A stretch of 49,535 nucleotides of DNA from an uncultured Clostridia bacterium (GCA_944388665.1 CALXJQ010000002.1:1-49535), one strand, 5' to 3'; counted from the stretch's first letter, positions 31,237 through 41,791 are shown. Numbers and translations are program-made. The notes: generated by a model not told the origin, from the sequence alone.

Positions 31237-31512
31237 ATGAAAAAAGGTAGAAAAATATATAAAAGATTAATAATATTAGCAATATTAGCTTATGTTGTTT
31301 ACACATTAATTAACCAACAACAAACACTTAATAAATATAATCAAGATATTGCTGATTTAAATACCCAAATAAATGACCAAAAAGAATATAATGAAGAATT
31401 AGCTCAAAAACAGAACAATGTAAATTCGTTAGAATTTATTGAAGAAACTGCTAGACAAAATTTAGATATGTACTATCCAAATGAGAGAGTTTATGTAGAT
31501 AATGGTTCATAG
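31237..31512 (+). CDS. divIC: septum formation initiator (FtsB/DivIC family)
   Basis: One TM plus a coiled coil (LNKYNQDIADLNTQINDQKEYNEEL) and ...ARQNLDMYYPNE. Syntenic after yabPQ. Confidence 0.8.
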   Translation: MKKGRKIYKRLIILAILAYVVYTLINQQQTLNKYNQDIADLNTQINDQKEYNEELAQKQNNVNSLEFIEETARQNLDMYYPNERVYVDNGS

Positions 31513-31665
31513 TTGTTGTAAAGCATAATTAAGACTTTTTTAGATTTTTGGTAAAAAAGTCTTTTTTTTTCTCACTTTTTATGATATAATACAAAATATG
31601 AATTGATTCGTAGAAAATCCCATGTAAAATTTAAAATTAAATAAAACAAGATACAAGGAGGAATT

Positions 31666-33081
31666 ATGTTAAATTTAGAAGATTACACTTTGAGTGAGCT
31701 AAGGTCTATAGCTAAAGAAAATAATATAAAAAACATATCGAAATTGAAAAAAAATGAATTAATAGCAATAATAAAGCAAATTACAAATTCATCAACCAAT
31801 GATACCAATGAAGATGGAAAAATAGATAAAGATAAAAATATAAATAAAAAATCAGAAGTAAATAGCCAAACAGATGAAAAATCAGCTGAAAAAAAGGAAA
31901 CATCCGAAAGACAATATGATGAAAATGGAAATCCTATCATAGATTACAAGCTAACAAATGAAGGCGATGAAATTGTAGAAGGAATATTAGATATCCTGCC
32001 TGACGGATATGGCTTTTTAAGAGGAGATAATTTTTTATCTAGTGATAAAGACGTTTATGTATCAATGGTTCAAATACGTAGATTTAAACTCGACACAGGA
32101 GATGTTATTAAAGGTATTTCAAGATTTAGAGAAGGTGAAAAATTTCCATCTTTAATTTATGTTGGAGAAGTAAATGGTGAACATCCTGAAAAGGCAATGA
32201 AGAGAAAAAGATTTGATGAATTAACTCCAATATATCCTAATGAAAAACTAAAATTAGAAACAATTCCAACCGAATATTCTACAAGAATTATAGATTTGAT
32301 GTGCCCAATAGGAAAAGGCCAAAGAGGTATGATAGTTGCACAGCCTAAAGTAGGAAAAACTACATTATTGAAAAAAATAGCAAATGCAATAAGCATAAAC
32401 AATCCAGAAGTTGAACTTATTGTCTTACTAATAGACGAAAGGCCAGAAGAAGTAACAGATATGAAAAGATCTATTAAAGGACAAGTCATACATTCTACAT
32501 TTGATGAATTACCAGAACATCATGTTAAAGTGGCAGAAATGGTCCTAGAAAGAGCTAAAAGATTAGTAGAGCAAGAAAAAGATGTAGTCATTCTATTAGA
32601 CAGTATTACCCGTCTTACAAGAGCATATAATTTAGTAATTCCATCTTCAGGAAGGACATTATCTGGAGGTATCGATCCTGCCGCATTACATAAACCAAAA
32701 AAATTCTTCGGTGCAGCTAGAAACATAGAATTTGGAGGCAGTCTAACAATCCTTGCAACAGCCTTAATAGATACAGGAAGTAGAATGGATGATGTTATAT
32801 TCGAAGAATTCAAAGGTACTGGTAATATGGAAGTCCACTTAGATAGAAAACTATCAGAAAGACGTATCTTCCCAGCAATAGACATTAACAAATCTGGAAC
32901 TCGTAGAGAAGACTTATTACTAACACCAAAAGAAAAAGAAACAGTATTTGCTTTAAGAAAAGCAATGAATAGCCTTCCAGTAGCAGAAGTTACAGAGCAA
33001 GTAATAAACGAAATGACAAAAACAAAAAACAACGAAGAATTCATAGAAAAAATGGATTACTTTTTACAAAAATTCAAATAA
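31666..33081 (+). CDS. rho: transcription termination factor Rho (with a charged N-terminal insertion)
   Basis: N-terminal [27 protein letters not shown], Walker [28 protein letters not shown]. An extra K/D/E/N/S-rich segment spans residues ~40-95. Confidence 0.96.
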   Translation: MLNLEDYTLSELRSIAKENNIKNISKLKKNELIAIIKQITNSSTNDTNEDGKIDKDKNINKKSEVNSQTDEKSAEKKETSERQYDENGNPIIDYKLTNEGDEIVEGILDILPDGYGFLRGDNFLSSDKDVYVSMVQIRRFKLDTGDVIKGISRFREGEKFPSLIYVGEVNGEHPEKAMKRKRFDELTPIYPNEKLKLETIPTEYSTRIIDLMCPIGKGQRGMIVAQPKVGKTTLLKKIANAISINNPEVELIVLLIDERPEEVTDMKRSIKGQVIHSTFDELPEHHVKVAEMVLERAKRLVEQEKDVVILLDSITRLTRAYNLVIPSSGRTLSGGIDPAALHKPKKFFGAARNIEFGGSLTILATALIDTGSRMDDVIFEEFKGTGNMEVHLDRKLSERRIFPAIDINKSGTRREDLLLTPKEKETVFALRKAMNSLPVAEVTEQVINEMTKTKNNEEFIEKMDYFLQKFK

Positions 33082-33082
33082 A

Positions 33083-33144
33083 TTGCCAAAAGGGACGGAC
33101 CTTTTTGGCAATTTTTTGCCATTAAACTACGTCCCTAGTGGCAA
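33083..33144. repeat. intergenic hairpin repeat, copy B (also the likely rho terminator)
   Basis: TTGCCAAAAGG / CCTTTTTGGCAA hairpin, then a TTGCCA-N17-TGGCAA hairpin containing CGTCCCT. It shares an exact 20-mer with copy A (reverse complement). Confidence 0.7.
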
Positions 33145-33151
33145 ATTTTAA

Positions 33152-33194
33152 TATATACCCCCCTATTTACAAAATACCTGATGGGGTATATAAT
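33152..33194 (+). promoter_or_regulatory. csoR-copA promoter with overlapping CsoR-type operator
   Basis: TTTACA (33166-33171), a 17-nt spacer, then TATAAT (33189-33194). The inverted repeat TATACCCC...GGGGTATA brackets it. Confidence 0.6.
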
Positions 33195-33213
33195 ATGCGC
33201 AGAGGTGAAAACG

Positions 33214-33507
33214 ATGGAAAAAGATTGTTGTAAAAAGCAAACAAAAAGAAGCGAATCGGAAAAGAAGATAGTAAATAATAGACTAAATAGGATAGAAGGG
33301 CAAATAAGAGGAGTAAAGAAGATGATAGAAGAAGATAGATACTGTGATGATGTATTAATTCAGCTATCAGCAATTGATAAATCCATAAAAAGTTTAGCAA
33401 ATCACATCTTAGAAAATCATATGTACAATTGTGTATATAATGATTTAGAAAAAGGAAATTATGAAATAATTGATGAAGTGGTAAATTTATTTAGGAGGTT
33501 TCAATAA
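33214..33507 (+). CDS. csoR: copper-sensing transcriptional repressor CsoR
   Basis: RLNRIEGQIRGVKKMIEEDRYCDDVLIQLSAI...H..NC (CsoR C-H-C ligand pattern). GAGGTG precedes ATG 33214. Confidence 0.88.
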   Translation: MEKDCCKKQTKRSESEKKIVNNRLNRIEGQIRGVKKMIEEDRYCDDVLIQLSAIDKSIKSLANHILENHMYNCVYNDLEKGNYEIIDEVVNLFRRFQ

Positions 33508-35705
33508 TGCAAAAGATTGTATTAAAGATAGGAGGTATGACTTGCAGTGCTTGTTCTAATGGATTAGAGAAATATTTAAACAGACAAGATGGAATAATTT
33601 CTGCAACTGTAAACCTGGTTATGGCAACTGCACAAATAGAATATGATGAAACAAAAATAGATAGAAAAATGTTAGATACATTTGTTAAAAAAGCAGGCTT
33701 TAAAAGTTTAGGTGAATATGATGGCAAAGATGAAAAGAATAATTATAAAAGAGATAAAATATTATTTGTAGTGTTTGGAATACTTGCGGTTATATTATTA
33801 TATATTTCAATGGGGCAAATGTTTGGACTTCCAATATTTGATTTATTAAATATGAGTATTAATCCAATAAATTATGCAGTAACATTATTCTTACTTACAA
33901 TATTATTCCTAATATATGGATTCGATATTATAAAAAATGGATTTAAAAACTTGATACATAGAGACCCAAATATGGATACTTTAGTTGCAATAGGTGTACT
34001 AAGTAGCTTTTTATATAGTACATATAGTATGATTATGATAATAAGAGGAAATAACAGTTATGTGCATGAACTATATTTTGAGTCATCAGCAATAGTAATA
34101 TTCTTTATAAAGCTTGGCAGATATTTAGATGGAATAAGTAAAGATAAAACAAAAGAAGCTATTCAAAAACTTGTACAAATAACACCAAGTAAAGCTATTG
34201 TAAAAATAGATGGTAAAGAAAAAGAAGTTACAATAGATGAAATTAAAAAGGGCGATATTGTAGTTAGCCATGCAGGAGATAGAATATCAGTAGATGGAAA
34301 AATAACAAGTGGAAAAGCACATTTAGACGAATCTTTTTTAACAGGAGAAAGTAAGCCTGTAACCAAAAAAGAAGGGGATAAAGTTATAGCTGGCTCTATA
34401 AATTATGATGGATATTTAGAGTATGAAGCAGAAAAAATAGGAAGAGACTCTACAATATCTCAAATTGTAAAATTAGTAGTAGAAGCAACAAATACAAAAG
34501 CACCAATAGCAAGAATAGCAGATAAAGTAAGTGGATATTTTGTCCCAATAGTAATATTAATAGCAATTATATCATTTATAGCTTATTTATTGTTAGGTTT
34601 TGGTGCCGGAGAAGCTTTAATAACATTTGTGACAATATTAGTAGTGGCATGTCCTTGCGCACTAGGTTTAGCTACGCCACTTGCAATAGTAGTAAGTGAA
34701 GGAAAATGTGCTAAAAATGGAATTTTAGTCAAAAAAAGCGAAATCTTAGAAAATGCTAAAAATATAGATACAATAGTTTTCGATAAAACTGGAACATTAA
34801 CTTACGGAAAGTTAAAAATTTCTGAAGTTTTAAATTATAGTAATAATTTAAATGAAGAAGATTTACTAAGAATAGCAGGAAGTATAGAAGCAAAATCAAC
34901 ACACCCAATAGCAAAAGCATTTTCTGATTACTTAGAAGAACATGAAATTGAAAAATATAATGTAGAAGATTTTAAAAATTTAAGTGGTTTAGGAATAACA
35001 GGAAAAGTAAATGGAAAAGGATATATACTTGGAAATTATAAAATATTAGAACATTTTAAAATAGAAAATAAATATAAAGAGAAAGAAGAAGAGCTAGCTA
35101 CAAAAGGTAATAGTATTGTTTACGTAGTAGAGGAAAATAAAATAATATCAATAGTTGGAGTAAATGATCTAGTAAGAGAAAATGTAAAAGACGTAATAAA
35201 GAAATTAAATAAAAATAATATAGAAACTATAATGCTAACAGGAGATAATAAAGGTACAGCAGAATTAATTGCAAAAGAAATAGGAATAACCAAAATAATT
35301 GCTGATGTAGTGCCAGAGCAGAAAACAAATACAATTAAAGAACTAAAAGGACAAGGAAGAAAGGTTTTAATGTGTGGCGACGGAATAAATGATAGTCCAG
35401 CATTAGCAAGTGCAGATATTGGAGTAAGTGTAAATTCCGGCACAGACATTGCAATGGATTCATCAGATGTTATATTAATGAAAAATGACTTAAGTAAAAT
35501 ATTAGATTTAATATTTATAAGTAAAAAGACAATAAGAAATATAAAACAGAACTTATTCTGGGCATTTTTCTACAATAGTTTAATGATACCAATTGCAATA
35601 GGAGTATTGAAGCCTATAGGGATATCAATAAATCCAATGATAGCGGGATTGGCTATGACATTAAGTAGTTTAACCGTAATACTAAATGCATTACGTTTAA
35701 GATGA
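33507..35705 (+). CDS. copA: copper-translocating P1B-type ATPase
   Basis: N-terminal HMA GMTCSACS, TGES, CPC (VVACPCALGLATP), DKTGT, GDGINDSP. Confidence 0.96.
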   Translation: MQKIVLKIGGMTCSACSNGLEKYLNRQDGIISATVNLVMATAQIEYDETKIDRKMLDTFVKKAGFKSLGEYDGKDEKNNYKRDKILFVVFGILAVILLYISMGQMFGLPIFDLLNMSINPINYAVTLFLLTILFLIYGFDIIKNGFKNLIHRDPNMDTLVAIGVLSSFLYSTYSMIMIIRGNNSYVHELYFESSAIVIFFIKLGRYLDGISKDKTKEAIQKLVQITPSKAIVKIDGKEKEVTIDEIKKGDIVVSHAGDRISVDGKITSGKAHLDESFLTGESKPVTKKEGDKVIAGSINYDGYLEYEAEKIGRDSTISQIVKLVVEATNTKAPIARIADKVSGYFVPIVILIAIISFIAYLLLGFGAGEALITFVTILVVACPCALGLATPLAIVVSEGKCAKNGILVKKSEILENAKNIDTIVFDKTGTLTYGKLKISEVLNYSNNLNEEDLLRIAGSIEAKSTHPIAKAFSDYLEEHEIEKYNVEDFKNLSGLGITGKVNGKGYILGNYKILEHFKIENKYKEKEEELATKGNSIVYVVEENKIISIVGVNDLVRENVKDVIKKLNKNNIETIMLTGDNKGTAELIAKEIGITKIIADVVPEQKTNTIKELKGQGRKVLMCGDGINDSPALASADIGVSVNSGTDIAMDSSDVILMKNDLSKILDLIFISKKTIRNIKQNLFWAFFYNSLMIPIAIGVLKPIGISINPMIAGLAMTLSSLTVILNALRLR

Positions 35706-35751
35706 TATAATATCAAATATATTAAAATTAAAATATAAAGGAGGAATTAAT

Positions 35752-35970
35752 ATGTTTGGAGAAAAGAAAATTGTAAAAACATTAAATATTGAAGGGATGA
35801 CTTGTAATCATTGTGTAAAAATGGTAGAGGAGGCTCTAAAGGAAGTACCAGGTGTAAAATCTGTAAAAGTAAGTTTAGAAAATAAAACAGCAGAAGTTAC
35901 ACTAAAAGAGGATGTAGATACAGAAGTTTTAAAAAAGGCAGTAGAAAATGCTGGATATGAAGTGGCATAA
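35752..35970 (+). CDS. copZ: copper chaperone CopZ (HMA domain)
   Basis: GMTCNHCV metal-binding motif. 72 aa. AGGAGG RBS. Confidence 0.9.
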   Translation: MFGEKKIVKTLNIEGMTCNHCVKMVEEALKEVPGVKSVKVSLENKTAEVTLKEDVDTEVLKKAVENAGYEVA

Positions 35971-35985
35971 TATTTTTTAATTCTT

Positions 35986-36030
35986 ACAAGATATTATGAT
36001 AGATAATTATCATAATATCTTTGTTGCTTA
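35986..36030 (+). terminator. hairpin terminator after copZ
   Basis: ACAAGATATTATGATA / TATCATAATATCTTTGT long stem, followed by TTG. Confidence 0.6.
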
Positions 36031-36145
36031 TTAATAAGAATAACAATAATTTTAATAAAGAACGTATTTAGATGATTTGACTATTTTTTTAAGTTATATT
36101 ATATTATATATAGTAATATAAAAAAATTTAATGGAGATTATAACA

Positions 36146-36520
36146 ATGGATAAAGAAGTAATAAAAAATTTAGAAAAGAATAATTATCTTAAAGAAAAAA
36201 TATCAATAATAGAGGAATTAATAGAAAAGAAAGAGCTTAAAGAAGCATATTTAAAATTTACATATATACTAGATTATATAAATATAAAATATATAAAAGT
36301 AAAGTATAATATTGATATGGCAGAATCTACTATAATGAAAATTTCTAAATTTTATAGAAAAAAGGATCCAAAATTAGAAGACTATATGAAAATTATAAAT
36401 GCAGAATACAATGATGTAAATCTTGATGATTTAGGAATTGAAGATGTAGAGTATGTAGCAAGTATTATTGATTTAATTTATGAATATATGGTAAAAGATA
36501 TAGGAAATTTTATATTATAG
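36146..36520 (+). CDS. hypothetical protein
   Basis: GGAGA lies 8 nt before ATG 36146 (MDKEVIKNLEK...). K/E/I-rich. No family recognised. Confidence 0.45.
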   Translation: MDKEVIKNLEKNNYLKEKISIIEELIEKKELKEAYLKFTYILDYINIKYIKVKYNIDMAESTIMKISKFYRKKDPKLEDYMKIINAEYNDVNLDDLGIEDVEYVASIIDLIYEYMVKDIGNFIL

Positions 36521-37550
36521 ATATAGAATAGGGCATAAATGTATTGACAACTAAAATTACAAATGATATAAATAAAAATGCATATATCATTAAAAAATAT
36601 GTTATTTATTTGCATAGGGAATAGAAGTATATTTGATTGTTTAAAACATTGCGCAAAATCAAAGTTTTGCGCATAAAGAGATAGGAATATTAATATAGCA
36701 GCTATAAGCCTACACTTTATTATGTTCAGGGCTTTTAGCTGCTTATTCTTTCTTATTGGTTTTATTAATACTAGTTTAGTTTTATCTTTATGTTTTTATG
36801 CTTTTTAAAATCAATTTTAAGAAATTTTTTTATCTTACTTATATAATTTCATTTATCATTATATAAATTTATATCTATAATTTTTTATCATCTTATTCTG
36901 AATTTATTAAAAATCTCTAAAATGCCTATTCTTCTAAGTTTGGCTTATTTTACGTTCAACAAACTATATGCTCCGAAAAATAAAACGGCTTAAAATCGAT
37001 TCTCGTGCGTCACTTTTTTGCTCATTTATCTGACTTTTTCTAAAAACTTGATTATTATTAATTTTTTGAAATTTTCTATATAAATAAAGTATAATTTTAT
37101 TATATTTTTATTATATACTACAAACTTTATATTTCAATTATTTAAATGTCTTAAAATCAATTCTCAAAGATATTTTATAATTAACAGATTTAAAAATTAA
37201 ATTTTATAAATATTTATAATTATTAATATTGCATTTTAAATATTGTATTTTTAATATAAAGATTTAAAATTTGAATTGTAATAAATAATTTTGTGATTTG
37301 TAATAATTTTCTTATATAATAACAAATGTTCGTTCTTGAAATTTATATAAAATGATTTTTGCAGTATGCTCAAAAAATGAGCATACTAAATTTTCGGCCA
37401 ATAGTTTTAATACACTTATTAAAATTTAATTTAAAATATCATCATATTAAAAATGGCATCTATTCCCCTACTCCCTGCAGTTCTAAACTTTTTTGTTTGG
37501 ATTCGCTATTCTATTTGCTTCACATATTACTTTATAGAATTTTTCCTTAT

Positions 37551-37885
37551 TTATGCTAGATTTGTTATATCGCTTAGATATTTTTCATAATTTTTATCAT
37601 TAAAAAACATCTTGGTTCTTGAATATCCATTTAATCCAAACTTCTTTATGATGTTAAAAAGTCTACATTCCTCAATTACTTCATCTTTGGTTAATTTCGG
37701 ATAGTGTTTTCTATTATATGCATAACACCTTCTAAGTTTTCATCAATGTGATGGGCTATATCATGGTACACTGCAATGCAATAAACAAGCTCATAATTAA
37801 TATTCTTAACTTCATCTGCAAATTTTAAGCTTCTATTAATTACATATTCAGCATGTTCTATACTATATTCATTGCAACTGAAAGG
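37551..37885 (-). pseudogene. HD-domain phosphohydrolase-like gene remnant (no start codon, frameshifted)
   Basis: The minus-strand translation CNEYSIEHAEYVINRSLKFADEVKNINYELVYCIAVYHDIAHHID... stops. It resumes in another frame as YNRKHYPKLTKDEVIEECRLFNIIKKFGLNGYSR...NLA. AAGGAGG is upstream but no in-frame start follows it. Confidence 0.4.
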
Positions 37886-37917
37886 CCTCCTTAATCTACT
37901 TAATTATTTCAAATAAA

Positions 37918-38194
37918 CTAGGCAATTTTTATTCCTCCTTCTCTAGCCCATTCGTAAAAATATGGTGCGCCTTTTTCTACTATTTTTTTAAACATTTCCT
38001 TTTCAACTTCACTATAATGTCCTTCTTCATATACTACTTTATAAGTTGGAAGTTCAAATCTTATACTGTCAAAACCATATTCCTTTGGCCTTTCAAAATG
38101 AACATAAAGCACTTCTTCACCATTATCGTTTTTCACTATATTTAGAAAAAGTAACTAATGTTTCATCTGCATATTTACAAAATGGATACATCAT
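37918..38194 (-). pseudogene. small conserved-looking gene split by a frameshift in a T5 run
   Basis: AAGGAGAG is followed by ATGATG at 38194, giving MMYPFCKYADETLVTFSKYSEKR-stop. Removing one T of ACTTTTTCT joins it to ...LNIVKNDNGEEVLYVHFERPKEYGF... (ORF 37918..38136). Confidence 0.45.
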
Positions 38195-38352
38195 CAATTA
38201 ACACTCTCCTTTACCTTAATTAATGTATATTATAACATTAATTTAAAAAATTTACCACCTTTTTCATTCTCCTTTTTTTTGAGTTGTCGCAAATTTTGTG
38301 GCAACTCAAATCGTATATATCCTCGTTCTCTTCTTTTACACTTTATTTATTT

Positions 38353-38679
38353 TTAATCAGATTCGTCATTATATTCTTTTACCCTTGTATTAACACCGTC
38401 AATAATTTTATATTCTCTTTTTGAATTCTTATAAACCTTTTTTTGCATCTCGTCTTCTAAGTCTACTCCCAAAATTTCTGATAATCCCAATAAATATATT
38501 GCAACATCAGCCAACTCTTCTCCTAAGTCGTCTTTCTTTTTTCTCCACGCCTCATAAGCTTCAGCCATTTCTCCATAAGTTAAGCAGAATTCTTTGTTAA
38601 TATCTGTTACATTAAATCCCTTATCTACTTTATTTTGATATATTTCTTTTTGCAGTTTCTTTAAATCTATCATATTCAT
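38353..38679 (-). CDS. MazG-like nucleoside triphosphate pyrophosphohydrolase
   Basis: LTYGEMAEAYEAWRKKKDDLGEELADVAIYLLGLSEILGVDLEDEM, the EExxE/D-type MazG helix pair. Confidence 0.8.
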   Translation of the reverse strand: MNMIDLKKLQKEIYQNKVDKGFNVTDINKEFCLTYGEMAEAYEAWRKKKDDLGEELADVAIYLLGLSEILGVDLEDEMQKKVYKNSKREYKIIDGVNTRVKEYNDESD

Positions 38680-38685
38680 TACCTC

Positions 38686-39294
38686 CTAATTTAAAAAATT
38701 CATTACTAAATCTATGATTACATCCTTTTCTTTAGGATTTGACTCGGCTATGAGTAATGTTAATGCAGCTAATGTGTTATTGTCAATTGTTTGTTTTCCA
38801 TTTTTATATAAAATTCCGTAGAAATTTAAGAAATATATAAACAATGTAGCTGCAATTCTTTTATTTCCATCTGCAAATACATGATTCTTAACAATTAGAT
38901 ATAGAAAGTTCGCAGCTTTTTCTTCTATACTCTTATAAATATCGTGTCCGTCAAAGCTTTGATAAATATTTCCTATTATTGACTCTAATCCATTATCTCT
39001 TTCTATTGCAAATAATGAACTTTCTTCATTAAATCTTAATTTATTTATAATTTCTATACAATCTTTATACTCAATTTTTCTTTCATCAATATTTCCTTTT
39101 ACTTTTTTTAGAGTTCCATGGTCATAATCATCTAATAAATCTAAAGCTTTTGAATATTCGCCAATTACTTTTAATATTTCTTTAGCATCAGAGCCTTCTA
39201 GTCTTTCATCGATTCTATTAGCAATATCAATTAATTTTACTGTTTTTTCTAAATATTCTAGTCTTTTTTGATTGACTGCATATCCTTTTAACAT
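38686..39294 (-). CDS. RhuM-family / Fic-DOC domain protein, N-terminally truncated
   Basis: Fic-type motif HVFADGNKRIAATLF. The frame stays open upstream to 39354, encoding AKSKNGVIFRKWATKVLKDYMLKGYAVNQKRL, the RhuM core motif. The usual ~130 N-terminal residues are absent. Confidence 0.7.
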   Translation of the reverse strand: MLKGYAVNQKRLEYLEKTVKLIDIANRIDERLEGSDAKEILKVIGEYSKALDLLDDYDHGTLKKVKGNIDERKIEYKDCIEIINKLRFNEESSLFAIERDNGLESIIGNIYQSFDGHDIYKSIEEKAANFLYLIVKNHVFADGNKRIAATLFIYFLNFYGILYKNGKQTIDNNTLAALTLLIAESNPKEKDVIIDLVMNFLN

Positions 39295-39325
39295 ATAATC
39301 TTTTAAAACTTTAGTTGCCCATTTT

Positions 39326-41117
39326 CTAAAAATTACACCATTCTTTGATTTTGCTCACCCTATCTGATGACAGGTCAGTATTAAAAGAATTTTCAAGGTC
39401 TGATGAAATGGTTGGAATGAAAAACTTTTTTTTGGATTCTCCTATTTGACTATTTAAGAAATATATTTCAATGTTCTCTCCATCACCATAGATTTTTTCT
39501 ATAAATAAGCCTACAATATCTCTTTTAGTTTTTAAATCAAATGTATGGAATATGTCGAAAGAATTATCAATAACTTTTAGCAAATCTTTTGCTGTTTGCA
39601 TTTCAGAATTATTATTAATCTTTGTTTTATTTTTTATATTTGCTATTTGTGTTTCTAAATTTTGTTTTTGTTCTTTTAATTCTCTCAACTTATAATTTAC
39701 CATATCTATTAGATCAATGTCAATATACTGTAGTTTCTCTACTAATTTGTCAATTTCTTCTTTGTTTTTATTATATGCATTTTGTAAGAACTCTAATTCG
39801 CTATTAGAATTATCGTTATTCTTAATTGATGCTATTTTTTGAAGTTCTTTATATATTTCAGAATTAGGAACAAAAGTATTCTTCATTATTTCAAATACCT
39901 TGTTATCAATTTCACTTCCAACATTTAGGGATTGACACTTATGTCCTCGTGATTTTTCTTTTAAGTTACAACAGTATCTATAATAAGCATTTCCATCTTT
40001 ATCTGCTTTTCCCATATTTTTCGCTCTCATAAGTGAATTACATCTTTTACACCTTAATAAACCTGTTACAATAGTATTAGTCTTTTTCAATATGGCTGCT
40101 CTATATTTCTTATCAGCATTTTTTTCAATAAGCATTTGAACAGCAACCCAATCTCTCCCGTCAATAATTCCTTGATGCAGACCAACTGCAATTATCCATT
40201 CTTCTATTGGTTTTTCTTTTCCCCCATACCCACTTGTTTTGTTGTATGTCAAAAAACCGTATTTGCCATTATTATTTTTTCTGTCATCATCTTCACGGTA
40301 AATAAATATTCCTTTTGAATTAAAATACTCCATTGTATCATTGTCGTTTTTAGCATATACTGGATTTGTAAGTATTTTTCTTATAGCACATATTCCAAAA
40401 TATACCCCCTTTCTTGTTCTTATATTATTATTCATTAAATATGTCAGTAATTTTGACATTGATTTTAATTCTAAAAATTTAGCAAATATTAATTTAACCT
40501 TGCTTAATTCTTCATCATTTATAACAAGTTTAGATGCGACTTTACTTTTTTTAGATATACAGTCCTTATCTTCCTCACATACCTCTACTTTTTTATATCT
40601 TTCTGTGCTAAATCCGTAAAGGAGCTTCGCCTCCTAACCATGTACCTGTTTTTGATAATTCAAATAAGTTATCTCTAATTCTTTCTGCAATTACTTCTCT
40701 TTCTAATTGTGCAAATACAGATGCTATATACATCATAGCTCTTCCCATTGGTGTTTTAGTATCAAATTGCTCTTTTATTGAGATAAACGAAGTTTCTAAT
40801 TCATTTAATTCATTCATTAAAGAAGAGAAATCTGCTATATTTCTACTAATTCTATCTAATCTGTAGCAAATGAGAATATCATAAGGATATTTTCTTTCAT
40901 CTTCTAAAAAATCTTTAAATCTTGGTCTATCTAAACTTCCTCCTGAAAAGCCTTCATCTTCATATATTACAATTTCTACATCATATATATCTTCTGGATA
41001 ATTTCTTTTTATATATTCCTTTGCAAGTTCAATTTGGTTTCCTACTGAATCTCCTTTATCTGTATATTTTGATTTTCTTGAGTATATCGCAATTCTTATT
41101 TTTATTTTTTCGTTCAT
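39326..41117 (-). pseudogene. large serine recombinase interrupted by a 1-nt frameshift near 40617-40620
   Basis: AAGGAGG precedes ATG 41117. IAIYSRKSKYTDKGDSVGNQ (catalytic Ser), ICYRLDRISRN, then ...GTWLGGEAPLRI-stop. Deleting one T gives GGEAPYGFSTERY..., continuing into ORF 39326..40459. That part has a recombinase domain, the zinc ribbon CKRCNS...CCNLK...HKC and a coiled coil. Confidence 0.8.
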
Positions 41118-41357
41118 TTTTGCCTCCTTTTTTATGATTTTAAAAAAGGAGGCTTGTCTATTCAAATGTATAAAATTAACTGTTTTTTAATAATTGTAGA
41201 ATTGACTTTAATATATTTTCTTTATCAGTTTTTGTTATTGGTAAACTCTGCACATATTCTTTTATTAAAATCGCTTTTACAAAGGCAAGATTATGTATAT
41301 ATGCATCACTTCCTTGATTATCTATTTTTATATTCATCTTCTATCATCTCACATAAA

Positions 41358-41789
41358 TTATCTTTCTTTTCCTCTATTCTCTTTTCGTTTTGCTTTTACT
41401 TTCTCTTCCATTTCAAAAAAACTTCTCAAAATTCTATAATTAATTTTTCCAGTTTCTCCTAATGTTGTAAATCTATCTCCTATTGAAATTACATCAACAT
41501 CATTTGCTAATGCTTTATCAATAAAAGAGAAATAATCTTTTCTATTATTTCCTAAATGTTTAAATTTAAGTAAAATCACAATATCTACCAACTTATTTTC
41601 AATTAATCTATTTATTTCCTTTATTTGTTCATTATCTTTTTTTATTTTACCAGTATAAAGATAAATATGTTGTAAATTCCATTCTTTGTTATTTGTTTGT
41701 TCTATAAAATTTTTAATATTTTTTATGGCATTTTCCCCTGTATTTATTCCCATATCCGAAAAAAAGCCATAGGCAATTACTCTTTTCAT
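41358..41789 (-). CDS. stand-alone resolvase-like domain protein with degenerate catalytic residues
   Basis: KRVIAYGFFSD corresponds to the resolvase YARVST motif. VDIVILLKFKHLGNN corresponds to DxxxVxxLDRLGR, with both Arg lost. ISIGDRFTT...GKINYRILRSFFEMEE matches the core fold. There is no HTH or recombinase C-domain. Confidence 0.6.
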   Translation of the reverse strand: MKRVIAYGFFSDMGINTGENAIKNIKNFIEQTNNKEWNLQHIYLYTGKIKKDNEQIKEINRLIENKLVDIVILLKFKHLGNNRKDYFSFIDKALANDVDVISIGDRFTTLGETGKINYRILRSFFEMEEKVKAKRKENRGKER

Positions 41790-41791
41790 AT

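Noticed and set aside
31780-31950. Rho N-terminal insertion as a prion-like domain
   Set aside because: The insertion is K/D/E/S-rich rather than N/Q-rich, so it does not resemble the prion-forming Rho domains reported in some Clostridia. It is noted only as a lineage-typical insertion.
37359-37559. 66-aa plus-strand ORF in the AT-rich islet
   Set aside because: It has no RBS and a low-complexity hydrophobic translation. It lies antisense to remnants of the HD-domain pseudogene.
40136-41462. Plus-strand ORFs 40136..40318, 40341..40619, 40922..41137 and 41154..41462
   Set aside because: They are shadow ORFs antisense to the serine recombinase gene. The F/L/I/Y-rich translations are typical of the reverse strand of AT-rich coding DNA.
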